A DNA stretch of 64,000 nucleotides, taken from NCBI GenBank assembly GCA_048013815.1, contig CM106586.1, positions 15,996,001 to 16,060,000 on the forward strand. Reading direction: 5' to 3'. Under the pieces are notes generated by a model. That model worked only from the letters and a program-made list of their open reading frames with translations, did no database searches and was not told the DNA's origin. The translations under genes and the position numbers were made by a program. Source of the DNA: Setoptus koraiensis (Eukaryota; Animalia; Arthropoda). Shown in pieces: positions 1 through 12,800 of the stretch; the stretch's first letter is position 1; each line of letters begins with the position of its first letter.

Positions 1-626
1 TGCAAAAGCAAACTGCAAAACAGAGCGACAGACACTAAAACGGAACAAGCTGTCGTTTGGCCCTCCGCTGACACTGAATGAAGCGCTCGAGCGAAACCGC
101 TCTCCGCCGCCGTCGAGACTGACTGCCGATATCGAGTGGCGATATCGAGTGGCGAGACTGGCGAGACTGACAGCCAGCGCGACAACAATGACAAAATTGT
201 CGCTGTTGCCGGTGTGCCAGAGTATCGATTTGTTGGCAGCGGCAGCCGTGAGCCATTATCAGACATGTCGGGCTGGCTTACGTAATGACAGTGTCCGAAT
301 ATTATATTCACACACACACACACACTCAGCGAGCGCCAGACGAGGGGCAAACAACAACAAAATGGAAGCGATCGAAAAAAATGCGCAAACACAACAATGC
401 CTTTTTGTGAGACACTGGCAAGACACTTTTGGCCAACTCAAGACACAGCCAGCGGGGAAAGTATAAACAACAGGACAGGTGAATCGGGCTGGTCGTGCAC
501 ACAATGCCAATCGATGACACTTTTTCAGGCGAGTGCCCTATCGGCGCTTGCCCAAACACACCCTGCCCTCGCCGCTCGTCCCGTTCAGTTGGCCCGATAT
601 GACACCAATTACGCCGATCGGTTATA

Positions 627-663
627 TCGGCGTTGTGTCGGCGTTGTGTCGGCGTTGTATCGG
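627..663. repeat. 11-nt tandem repeat (TCGGCGTTGTG) x3
   Basis: Read directly. Confidence 0.85.
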
Positions 664-1090
664 TGATATATCGGGACCGACGCGAGAGTCTGTCCGTTGT
701 CCGACTCGACAGTCCGTCGGTTGTGCGACGAGCTGTCGAAACGGACAGACGGACGCACTAAACAAATCAATTTTTCCCTTCTGTCGCTACATTGTGGCCG
801 TCGATCTGATCGGATTATTAGAATTACTTAGACTTATCAGAATTACGCAACATGCGATTGCATGCGCCGCGAATGGCAGCGGCGAGCTCGAGCTGGGCGA
901 GTTCGAGCCGAGCGAGTTCGAGCCGAGTGAGTGCGCTTCGACCAAGCCGACGAGTGGCGCTGGCAACGTTGGCCGGCCAGTCGTTGGTCGACACGATCGA
1001 TTGAATTCAATTTGCAAACAATTTGCCAAAAAGCACTAACAGCCATAGGAGATTATCCAGTCCAGATTAGAGCTGCCCAGTTGCGCTCCT

Positions 1091-1190
1091 CTCTGCGAAT
1101 CTCTGCGAATCGCTGCGAATCGCTGCGAATCTCTGAATCTGTGAATATCTCTACAAATGTATCTACAAATATTTCTGCAAATATCTCTGT
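1091..1190. repeat. 10-12-nt tandem repeat (CTCTGCGAAT) decaying towards ATCTCTACAAAT
   Basis: Four near-identical 10-mers at 1091-1130, then progressively diverged copies. Confidence 0.8.
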
Positions 1191-1323
1191 AAGCGTTGCG
1201 CAACACACTATTATCTATTTATTATTATTCAACGTTGGCATTGTTTGGCCCGGCAGGCATTTTCGCTGGGCTGCAAGTGCGCCGAGTGAGCCATCAACAA
1301 ATGAATTGACGGCGCAATCAGCT

Positions 1324-1375
1324 CGAAACAGTTTTAGCGAAACAGTTTTAGCGAAACAGTTTTAGCGAAACAGTT
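1324..1375. repeat. 14-nt tandem repeat (CGAAACAGTTTTAG) x3.7
   Basis: Perfect copies read directly. Confidence 0.9.
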
Positions 1376-2449
1376 AATTTCGGGCCAATGGGCACAACAC
1401 TGCCAACTGCTGACCAACTGCGGGCCAATGTTGCGGCCGACGGATTGCTGCCGACTGGCGACGATTGTCCGCGGTCTGCGGTCAGCGGAAGGCATCGCAA
1501 CATCGACGGGCCAGCCGACGGGGCCGACGCCGTTCGAGGATAAAAATCGAGGATAAAAATTGGGGATAAAAGTTTGAGCATGAAAATAAGGCGAAATCGT
1601 CGGCCAGCCGTTTATATTTAGATGCTTGCTTATAAATTAATGCTCCGTTTTGGGCCGTGTGGCGCCTGGGACAACAATGAGCGTCGTCGGCCATCCATCA
1701 TTCGTGTCGGCGAGTGTCGGACAGAGCAACGGCGACAAGACAGCGGACAGCGGATAGCGGATAGCGGACAAGACGAGGCAAGCGTCAAACGACAGTGTCC
1801 TCGGCTGCGCTCACCTGTCCGAATCGCCGTTGCCAGCTGACGGCGAGCGGCGCTCCGACTGACGATTTCGACTGGCTCGACTGGCTCGGCTGCCACTGGC
1901 GAATGCGACCGGCAAGCCGCTCGCCAACTGGCTTGCGAGTCAATTATTGAGCTGGCAAGCCAGCAAACAATTGGCCATAACGCACCGACACGGCGCGTCG
2001 TCGCAAACAACAATCGCCAGTGTTTGCTTGTGCATGAGTTATGAGTTATTGGCAGCGACAGGCAACGATCGATCGCTGTCATTGATTGCGTCGTTGTTGC
2101 AACAACGACAAGCGGCCGCAAGCAACAGCGACAGCCATCGAAAAGCAGCAACGGCAACAACAGCAACAACGGCAACAACAGCAACAACAAACAACAAGTA
2201 GCAGCCAACAAGTAACAAGTGCATGCAACAATTATCCGCTGCGCGCAAACACTTTATCGGCAATCGGTGCCTGGCACTGGATAACGCTGGCCAAGACACT
2301 GCCTGCCTACCTGTGCGCCTGTCTATTTATGCCAAGTGAGACTGCTTAATTTGATTAATTATTGCACAAACTGTTGCGAACGTTACGTTGCGAACGTTGC
2401 GCTGCGAACGGCGCGCCGAGTGGGCTAGTCGAGGCCAACCTTGAATATG

Positions 2450-2504
2450 ATATCTGGCAAATATCTGGCGAATATCTGGCGAATATCTGGCAAATATCTG
2501 CAAA
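2450..2504. repeat. 11-nt tandem repeat (ATATCTGGCRA) x5
   Basis: Read directly. Confidence 0.9.
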
Positions 2505-3415
2505 ACATTATCGCTCGCGCCAGCAGATACGCCAACAGCGACAACAGCAACAACGACAACAACAACAACGACACAGCAACAACGACAACGACAACAACGA
2601 CAACGACACAACAACGCATCGTGCTCATGAGCAACTTGTTGATTTAATCAGCTTTCTGTGTTTGCTGTCGTTGGTGTTGCTGCTGTCGGTGTTGTTGTCG
2701 TTGCTGTTGCTGCTGTCGCGGTTGCTGTTGCGGCCGCATTGTTCTTTGTTTGCAATTGTGCAGCCGGAGCCGCTTTGGCTGGTTCGTGCTCGAACTCTCG
2801 CCCGAGAATCAAAGTATCAAAACAAGAATAATAAACATTTTTCTCATTAACTGCAACGCTGCCGATAACTCGCAATTGTGAGCCAATGTGCGCCGTTGCG
2901 CCGCTTGCCACAACCCCGACGACAGTTTGTTGTTGTTGTTTTGATTTAGTAAAGTCAGCTCGGCGTGCCAACCTGAATAGCCTCTCACTGTTAATGATTT
3001 GTTGTTGTGTACGACGACGACGACGTTTTTTCTCCCAATCAGCGCCAATCGCTGACTGTGTGTTTTTGCTCATGATTATCGCAACAACAACAACAGCAGC
3101 AACAACAGCAGCAACAACAGCGGCGGCAGCACCACAAATCACTATTGTTACGCCAACAATAAACCCATTGGCTGCCGATGCTATTAGCGCATTTTTGTTG
3201 CGCCAACAATTCCAAAACTCCACTCAACAAGTGGCACAATGGCGACTGGCTATTGCCTGCGTAATAGTTTGCGATACATCCGCTCAATTCATTGGCAATT
3301 CGGTGTCAAAGTGGCGCAATATCCGCGATATTGATTGCGCCCGCACCGGCGCACGGTCCACTCAAAGTTGAATGTTGCGCCCGTCGGCGCCGCTCGGGCC
3401 GCCGGGCCCGCTCGC

Positions 3416-3533
3416 GGCCCAAAACGGCGGCCGGCCCAAAACGGCGGCGGCCCAAAACGGCGGCGGCCCAAAACGGCGGCGGCCCAAAGCGGCGGCGGCC
3501 CAAAACGGTGGGCGGCCCAAAGCGGCGGGGCCC
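3416..3533. repeat. 16-nt minisatellite (GGCCCAAAACGGCGGC) x~7
   Basis: Read directly; explains the spurious repetitive ORFs at 3289-3659. Confidence 0.9.
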
Positions 3534-3746
3534 GCAGCGGACTCAAACGGGCGAGTCAAGAGAATGGGACGAAATGGAAATGTGAGACTCACCCATGTGA
3601 AGAAGGCGCAGAGGCCCACGAGGTGTCTGACGATCACTTTTAGGCAGCCCATTTCTTGAGTATGTTTGCGTTGTTGTTAAGGGTGCGATTGGGATATTTT
3701 CGCTGGCTTGGATGATTCACTGTCGAATATTCACTCGCGAATAGCT

Positions 3747-3798
3747 GGCTGTCGATTGAGGCTGTCGATTGAGGCTGTCGATTGAGGCTGTCGATTGG
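3747..3798. repeat. 13-nt tandem repeat (GGCTGTCGATTGA) x4
   Basis: Read directly. Confidence 0.9.
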
Positions 3799-6469
3799 GG
3801 TGGCTTGCGGCTTGTTCGCTCGGCTTAATTTATCTCACGGGCGAGGCGGAAATTGAGGCGTGCAATATTGGCTTGTTTGATGGATTATCATTGATTTGAG
3901 GACGATTTATTGGTGATTGTTGTGTGGCTGGCAATGAACTGTAATAATGAAATGGAAATAACGATAATAATAATGATAATATAGTTGAATTCACTTGGAT
4001 GGCGGTGTTTGGCGTTATGGGCGCAACGTGAGCAGATGACGACGATTAGAGGTCAATGTTGTCATCTAATTACTGCCTCTCTGCCTCTCAGCCTGCTGTT
4101 CACAAGCGATGGATAAATGCCTAAACGCGCCGACGGATAAATGGATGAGCGCTGGCCGATGAGGGCTGGCTGAACGGATAAATCTCTAAGTGGCTGTTGG
4201 GCTGAATGGCTGGCTCGGCGTTTCGCTGATTATCATTATCAATTATGATCTAACTCGCTGATATTCTCGTCTGTCCGCATGCACAATGCGATTGTTTGTG
4301 TGTGTCGTGCTGACTTTGTTTGGTGAAAGTTTGCTTGCACAAAACGGGGAAAAAGTGTGCGCTCGAGTTAGTGCTGCAACAGTTGTTTGTGGTTGTTTGT
4401 GGTTGTTTGTGATTGGCAATCGGGCAAGCTTTCAGTGAAAAATCCCGCATGAGTCAGCGCTGACTCCGCCTGTACCATTGTATCACACAGTCTGTGTATT
4501 GTAAGTAAGTAAGCCGACTAGCTCGCCAACTGACTCGCCCACTAGCTCGCCAAACGGCTCGGCGGGGCTTTCTCGCGGCATTGGCGTCGCACTTGGGCTT
4601 GCCGTTGCGCGGTTATTGTTTGCCCGGCAACGCATCCAACGATATTCACACATAAATACATACACAATGTATATGCACATTGTGGCAGGCGAGTTGCCAT
4701 GCCAACAGTGTCTCAATCAGCGTCAGCTGACTCAATTGTTGCCCGTTCGGACAGCTCACTCTGGCAACAAAAGTTTCACAACGAGCAACGGCAACAGCAA
4801 CAGCAACAACAACAACAACAGCAACAACAACAGCGGTTTTACATAATTGATTGACTCACCTCCAGCGGCAACTTACCGGTCGGCCGGATATTGCGCAACG
4901 GTTGCAAATGGCGGCGTCAGCGGCTGCTTATTCGCAGCAACCACGCGTACAGTCCAACGATGATGGCCAACATGAGCACGACGAGCGCCATTGATGCAAA
5001 TCAATCGCGCCCCTATCGCCCGATTGCTGTTACTATCTCCTATTTGGTGTCACTGTCGCCCGATCGTTGTCACTATCGCTTTTGTTTGCTGTCACTGTCG
5101 GTGTGAGATACAATTTCGGTTCATAATTAGTTGGTATTTTCGGTCAGTGTCACAATGTGAAGCGGTCATTATGAGTCACAACTTATGATTAATTGTGTGA
5201 GTTTGGTGAGTACAGTGAGTCAAAATGTCGCCAAATTATTTGTCGGCAGAATAGTATTTTGAAAATACCCCGCGCACAGTATTCATTCAATATTCATGCG
5301 TGAATCACATGCGAGTCGCATGCGACCACTGTCCAGTCACTGTCCAGTCACTGTCCAGTGGCGATGACTGATAATAACAAATGATCATTTCTAAAAAACA
5401 GTGATTAGCTCTCGCTGACCAGACCAAACGATTTCTCCCGCAACTCTCGTCATCTCTGGCACATGTATGGCTATTTATGGCCGAAATGGATATAAAGATA
5501 AGCGTGCCACCATTGACCACTTGTGGCTGTCAGTGTGGCCAGCGAGTTAGATTGGCGGCGATAATTTTATTAATTTTAGGTTAATTGCTCTAACGCTGGC
5601 CATGTGGGCAGCGCCGTCGTCGACATTGATATATCACGGTTGGCGAGACACACTGTAAATGGCGCGCTGATTCAAACCGACAAGTCTCGTCATTGGCGTT
5701 GTTCAATTTGGATGGGATTCATTTGCGGTTCAGTTGCGATTCAGTTGCGATTCAGTAACTGAATTTCGGTTGCAATGTGAGCCAAATAAGCGGACAAAAA
5801 TCAATATTGAGCCGGACAAGAGCGCTCAATTGTCTAGGTCAGCAGCACACTCGGTTACATAACGAGGAGCAAAGCAACGAGGAGAAATGGAAACGGCAAC
5901 AAGTCGCCTAATGGTGGCGATATTATACATTAAAATTAAAAAGTGTATTACATCAGAGCCAATGTCAATGCGCAAACTGGGCTAACTGGCACCGATCGCA
6001 TACCGTTAATCAACTTTAACCTGATTACACTCACCTGGCCACTGTGCGCCGTCAGTGGGAGTCGCCGTTGCGTCCTTTGGGCGCCCATTTGGCTTTGCCG
6101 AGGCACAACTACTCAGATCCTGTTGCGGTAGGCGAGCATGAACTTGAGAACATCGAGTTGAGAATATCAAGTTGAGAATATCAAATGGAAAAGAATCAAG
6201 TTGGCATGCCCAAGTCGAGATGCTCGAGATACCTGAGATAGGCAGTTAGTGTGGCCGTCGAGTGGCCTGTTGCCCGTTGCTCATCCCCGTGTCGCTGCAT
6301 CTATTAATTTATTAATTTAATTTAATTTATAAATCTAAATTATAAATTTATAAATTTATAAATTTGTATGTGAATGCCGCTTTGCAGCCAGTGGACACGG
6401 CCGGTCTGGCCAACCTGGCTGGTCTGCGTCGAGGCACAACGATGCACTGCGTTGACGGCATAACGGTGC

Positions 6470-6560
6470 ACGGCATTCACGGCAAAACGGTGCAAGGCAT
6501 CAACGGCAAAACGGTGCAAGGCATCTATGACGCAACAGTCTGCGGCATCTATTACGCAAC
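6470..6560. repeat. ~24-nt degenerate tandem repeat (ACGGTGCAAGGCATCAACGGCAAA) x~4
   Basis: Copies diverge progressively to the right. Confidence 0.75.
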
Positions 6561-9500
6561 AGCGCCACACACACAGGTGAGTCACATGATGTGACGATGT
6601 GTGTCGGGCGAGCGATGACGGCTCGCTGGCGACCGACGTGACTAACGGGATCACATTCGCGGCACACAAGTCGGCCCAAACGAAGCGTTCGATTTCTCGA
6701 GGCAAACAACGTTTCTCGGGGCAAACAACGGAAAGTTCGAGGACAAGGATACACTTGGCAAGCGTGTCAGCGCGCCGGCCCCACTCCGGCCGTTGTCGCT
6801 AGTATCACTGTTACACTGTTGGGCATGGCTTGCAACTGCAACAGTTGCGCAACTGGACCCAGCATTGCGCAACTGGACACAGCATTGCGCAACAAGATTA
6901 ATGGTCGACAGCGGGCAACTTTCGTCCCTCTGACAGCTCACCTGTGCGCATCACACACTCATACTAATAGTATGATAGTGTGTTATGTTGCCACATAACA
7001 CACACATACAAAGTGTAACACAGTTACGTAACTCTGTTGCGTACGTAGCCATGTCATGTAACACGGCGATATTGCGCAATCTTCTTCATAGTCATGTGGT
7101 CAGTGTGTGTGATGTCACTGTCCACTGACTCGACCATGACGCCCCTAGCGCCGACTGCGGCATTTAAAACAAGTTAACGACATGCGAGTCAACCTGTTAC
7201 GCTGCATGCGCCATGCGAATACCGTCAACAGTTAACGGTCAACAACGGTTGTGCAAATAGCCCGGGCATCTCCGTTTTTTACAATGTTAGCTAATAACGG
7301 TCGTGCGCTGGCATCAGTCACACACCAACTCTCACTGGCCCCATCTCGAACTGATCTCTGGCCACTTGTTGTTTCGCTCGCCGCTGAGCTGGCCGTTCAT
7401 CTCGCCACTCGCCTCGCCGTTCGCATCACCTTTTATCTCGCTGTTTATCTCGAGTCGCTTCGCTGACAGTCGCTTCGAGTTGCTTCGAGTCGCTTCGAGT
7501 CGCTGTCAGTCGCTGCCAGTCTCAACTGACAACTGAACCGGATAGTTTCACTCGCTGCGACCGCAATCGCAACGTCTCAGCTAATCTGACAAAAATCAAT
7601 TATCATTATTTATTATTCGTCGCGCTGGCCTAACTGCGCTGCGCTCGCCAACAAATTTTCACAATTACAACTGTTAATTGGGCCACTGGCTCGCGGCCCC
7701 ACAGCCACCTGTCGGTGGCTGCATCAACTGGCCGCCGGTGGCTGCATCAACTGGCCGCCGGCTTCTTTAATCACCTACCTGAGAATCCTTGCTGCTGGGT
7801 GCAGCCGGTCGCCGGCCACAGGCGGATTTCGGGTAGCTATCGGGCCGATGTCGGGTGGCTCTTGGGCGGATTTCGGGCAGCTCTCGGGCGACGGGCTGTC
7901 GGGCTCGATTGTGGCAACAATGGTGGCCGCAATGAATGCTGCTGCGGTTGCGCTGATCCAGTTGACGACTGTTTTATGTTCTGATTGGCTTCTTCTTCGC
8001 GCCGGCTCCCCCAAACCGCTCGCTAATCCGACAATCTCTCTCTCTCTCTAATCTGATTATACTCACATTCGTACACCGATTCATACACGGATTCGCACAC
8101 GGATTCATACGCCGATTCATGCACCGATTCATGCGCCGATGTGATTTGCCGTAAATGGCAGCGCAACGATCAAACCGTATCAATGGCGTCTAGTTATGCT
8201 GAGATTTATCAATGGTGTGTGCGCCGACGAAAAGCGTTGCACGACCGCGCCGACGATGATTTGTCAGTGACAGTCTGGTCATTGACTCTTTTTTGATGCT
8301 CATTCGATGATGTAACTCTTGATGCTGCGACTCTCGATGATGCAACTCCCGATGATGCAACTCCCGATGATGCAACTTTTGATGATGTAACACCAGCGTG
8401 GAGCGGCCAATCGACTTATGTTATGTGACTTATGATTGCGCAACGATAAATAAAGTTATTATTATCATTACTATTATGTAACAACGTTTGTGCCCGGCAG
8501 CGTCCACGCCAGCGCGGCTTCATGGCTGGCGTCATGACGCAATGCCGGCCATGGCTAGCATTACGTAATGCCGGCCATGGCTGGCATTATGGCGCCAGGC
8601 GAAACCTATCATTATGAATTGATTGCTCTCTCTCTCTCTCTCTCTCTCGCTGGCTCGGTGTCTCGCAACCAGAAGCAATATGATCCCTGTTTATGTGATG
8701 CTCATTAAATCTCCATTGTCTCTATTGTGCTCGCCGGCTGTCGCTCGCCGGAGCGGCCGGCGACTCTCAACTCGGTCGCTGCTCGCCAGCTCGCCAGCCA
8801 GCCAGCCAGCCGAAGAGTCGCTTATCGAAGCCAGCCGGACGACAGCGGGACGACAGTGATACTTGCCGGCCGCGACCCGGCTACCCAAGTGCCCTGTTCA
8901 GCCGGCCGCCGATCGGTCTGGACGATCCTTCGGGCTGGCCGCCGGCCGCTCCGAGTTGCGGCGTGGATGCGCGCCGTTGCCGCTCGCCTCCCGACAATCT
9001 GACAATCGGACAATCGGGCGATCCGACGAGCGGACGAGCGGACGATCCGCCGATCCAACGTCCGACGAGCGGACGTCCGAAGAGCGGACGAGCGGACGTC
9101 CGAAGAGCGACCGTCACGACCGCACGATGAGTTCATCCGCGTCCGCGCATCAAACAATCGGTTCGGCCGGCTGTCATTGGCGACTTGTGCAGCCAAATCG
9201 AAACTTTTAGTTTGCATCTGAATAATTCAGCGAGACGGCGAGACGGCGAGACGAAAACAAACGCAACGCTCCATTCAATGGAGTCCATTGGCGTCAGTGT
9301 GAGTGCCACAAGTGTCCGGATTGAGCGCCGCCAGTCGGCTGTGCGAGAGTGAAAAAGTGACGCGGCACACGAGCCACCGACCGGAAACGGATAAAGTGAA
9401 ATGGGCATAAATGCAAATGGAGACACAGTGAAAATGTGTCAGCCAATTGGCGCCTGTCGAGTGTGTTGCACACTGCAAATAGACATAGGCATAAACTGAT

Positions 9501-9715
9501 CAACTGTCGTGTGCCAATTGAAACATCGTCGTCGTGAAACATGGTGCAGCGTCAGTTAATTAATTACTGGCCATTTGCAGCGCTGACGCAACTGTGGCCG
9601 AGCAACAACAAGTGGCGCCCATAACGCTCGCAATGTCGCACCGCCTTTCCACGGAAAACAACAAATGATATCATTTGTTGTTTGCGGGACGCGAGCGCGT
9701 CATCGCCAGTCTATC

Positions 9716-9807
9716 CGACTGTCAAACGGCGACTGTCAAACGGCGACTGTCAAACGGCGACTGTCAAACGGCGACTGTCAAACGGCGACTGTCAAACGGC
9801 GACTGTC
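9716..9807. repeat. 14-nt minisatellite (CGACTGTCAAACGG) x6.5, perfect
   Basis: Six identical copies plus a partial. Confidence 0.95.
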
Positions 9808-12800
9808 GCACCCGATTGTCGCATTGTCGCATCCCGAATGTCGCATCCCGAATGTCGCACAGCAAGGCAGCGACAATTGCGCCCGGGACAGACGATAATT
9901 ATCCGTCGGCCGGCCCCAAACTGGGCCGCTGTGTCGCCGTGGCCGAGCCACTGCCGATTTGTGCCCAATCTGGCACCACAAAGCGCGCCAATGCACAATG
10001 CGAATTGGTTCGTTAAAGCCGTCTGGCCGATCAGCGCGGCGCGATTATCCACTTAATCACGACATAATCGCACTTTCAGCGCAATCATCGCTGCATCGCA
10101 ACTCTTTGGCTGCGATTTCGCTCGCCGTCTGGCTGCGATCGTTGGCTGCATCGCTCGCCCGCCGTCGAGCTGCCATCGTTCGCCACAATCACCGTCGGCA
10201 GCCATACGCAATTGCACAGATTTATGCTCTCTTACATGCATTTGAGGCCATTAGAGCCGAAACATGAAATTAAACTCGATCCATTTAATCGGCCAGTTGT
10301 CAGTTGTCGCTTGTCGAGCCAGTTGCTGTTGCGCCGGCAACTCGCCAGTCAACAATGTTAAACAGCCAACCAAAAAAGTTTGTTGTTTCGCCAGTGTGTG
10401 TCGCTCACGAACACACATTGCCTCACCAGCAACAGTCGGCGGCGAGCTTGTCGGCGGCGAGCTTGTCGGCGAGCTTGTGAGTTGGTGCCGGCGAGTGGCG
10501 TCATTTGCATATTCCGACCATTGCGATTTGAATTATTTACTAACATCATTTACCAACTATTTGTACAGTAATATTTGCAAGTGTCGCCCCCGCTGCAGAG
10601 ACAGAGACTCCGCTGCAGAGGCTCTGCTGCAGAGGCTCCGGCGAGACTCACAAGCGCCCTCTGTGTGGTGACAATCAAGTTACTATCTAGGCCGCTATCC
10701 AAACACCGACGGGCAAAGTCAACAAGTTCTGTTGACCCGCGCAACCCGTGCCAAGCAAGCAAAGTGGTAGCAAAGTGCCCTGCAACTGGCCTTGAACTAT
10801 CGAAACCAGACAGTATCACGACCCACCGTTACGTAACAACATAACACAGTTACACAATAACATAACCTTACGTAACAACAATGCAAATTGCAGCTCTAGC
10901 AACTGGACACATCAATTTGCTAATAAATCAATGGATTTGAGGCTAATTGAGGCAACTCGCAGTGTGTGAGCCACAGACGATCTTGGCAATTGCATTGGTC
11001 AGGTGAGCGTGGTGCCAACGCACCGACAGCAGCACCAACAAATATTGACCGGCGCCGCAATAATTGATCAATCATTGATTATTGAGGTGCCAATGCAATT
11101 GATAGGAATATTGCGCAATATGATAATCGTATCGTATGATAAGCCGTAGTATCACAATATTATCACGAGGCATAATTTGCGATCGTTCGCAAATTATCGC
11201 TCGTTCGCTTCAATTGGCGCTGCACGTGACGTGATATGGGCCCCCAAATACGATACGATTGTTTTATGCGCAATTGTTTGCGTATGAATAGTGGCAGTAG
11301 GTCGCTGGGTGCACCTCACATGCACCTCTTTTCGTGCACTATGCAACTTGCCTATGATAAAGGGCCGATTCAACAGATATTTGATGTTGCCCAGTGGACG
11401 CAGCCGACTCGACACGACCGACCTGACGGGCCGGCCAACGGAAACGAGTCGGTCAACCCGAACCACCGAGCGGAAGTCGCCGATTTCGATGTGTATGTTC
11501 GACGCGCGGGTCTAGCCGCACAAGCCCGAAATTTTTTGCATTGAGTCACTCAATTTGAGTGGCAGCTCGACTGGTTGCGGTTATTATTATTATACTGGCA
11601 TCATCTGCGGTGCATGCGAGGTATATCCGTGGTATATCCGCGATATGTTTGCGGTATGCTCGAGGTATGTTTGCGAAATGCTCGAGGTATGTTTGCGGTA
11701 GGTCCGGGGTACGTTTGCGGCTCGTGCGCGGCATGTGTGCGGGAATGCCGTGGCAGCGGGAACCTTGTGGCAGCGGGATATCGGCGGCAAGAGGGCGCTT
11801 GTGTGCGGCTCGTCGACATGCTCCGCTGGCGCCGCTGACATGAGTGGCCGGGCAAACAATTGGGCCGAGCTTAACACTGTCAAAGCGTGTTGTGGCACTT
11901 TAATTAGTCCGACTTCATTAATCAGTGGCAAGGCAGACACAACAAACATTGCGCAATAACAATAATGATAACAATAATGCCGAAATATAGCGAGACGAGT
12001 TACGTAGGCTGACAGCGATATGCGCCGGCCGACTTACGTGAGGCGTCTACGCGAGCCGAGTTACGTAAGCTTTTTGCAGCGATCTTGTGCTGGCTGTCGC
12101 CTGTCGCAGCTCGAAGCCGCCGACTGCTCGCTCCGAGACGGGCCGTGATAAACTCGACAGCGACAGTGACGGCGACAACAACCGCAATCTCGGCTAATCT
12201 AAAACCAACAACGTTGTTGCGACTCCTTCGCGAGCGAGCGACCGAGCGATCGCAAGCTCAATCAATTCCGGCTCGCCGTGCACTGGCTGTGTCATTGCGC
12301 CCGTTCGTCCGCCAGCGACGGCCCCAAATCAGACCGACTGGCAAGACAACAATAACAGTTGTTGTTGTTGCTGTTGTTGCTGTTGTTGTTGTGCGAGCGA
12401 GAAAAAGAATTCCTCGGCGCCATTGTTGAATCGAATGGCGCTTTGTTGTTTTTTGCAACTCAATTATATCATTTTTTACACTGAGTAATGCCACATTAAA
12501 TTGATTGAGCCCACTGCGCCCCGGCAACAACAACACTCTTACGCAACTCGCTATTCGCACAATCTCGCCCGTTTTATATCGCCCGCTTTGCATCGCCCGC
12601 TTTGTATCGCCCGCTTTGTATCGCCCGCTTTATATCGCCAATCCATCCAGCGATTGTTTGCCTAAAACAATTTGCTGCCGCCGCTACTGCTGCTGTTATA
12701 TCATATCCTAATATCATAAAACCTATATGCACATGCCACCACACAAAGAGAGATACATAAAACTCATAGACATTTATCATATGAGCCGTATCGAGCCGCT

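Noticed and set aside
9716-9807. Regular arrays as CRISPR
   Set aside because: Head-to-tail repeats without unique spacers, no cas genes, eukaryotic spliced-gene context.
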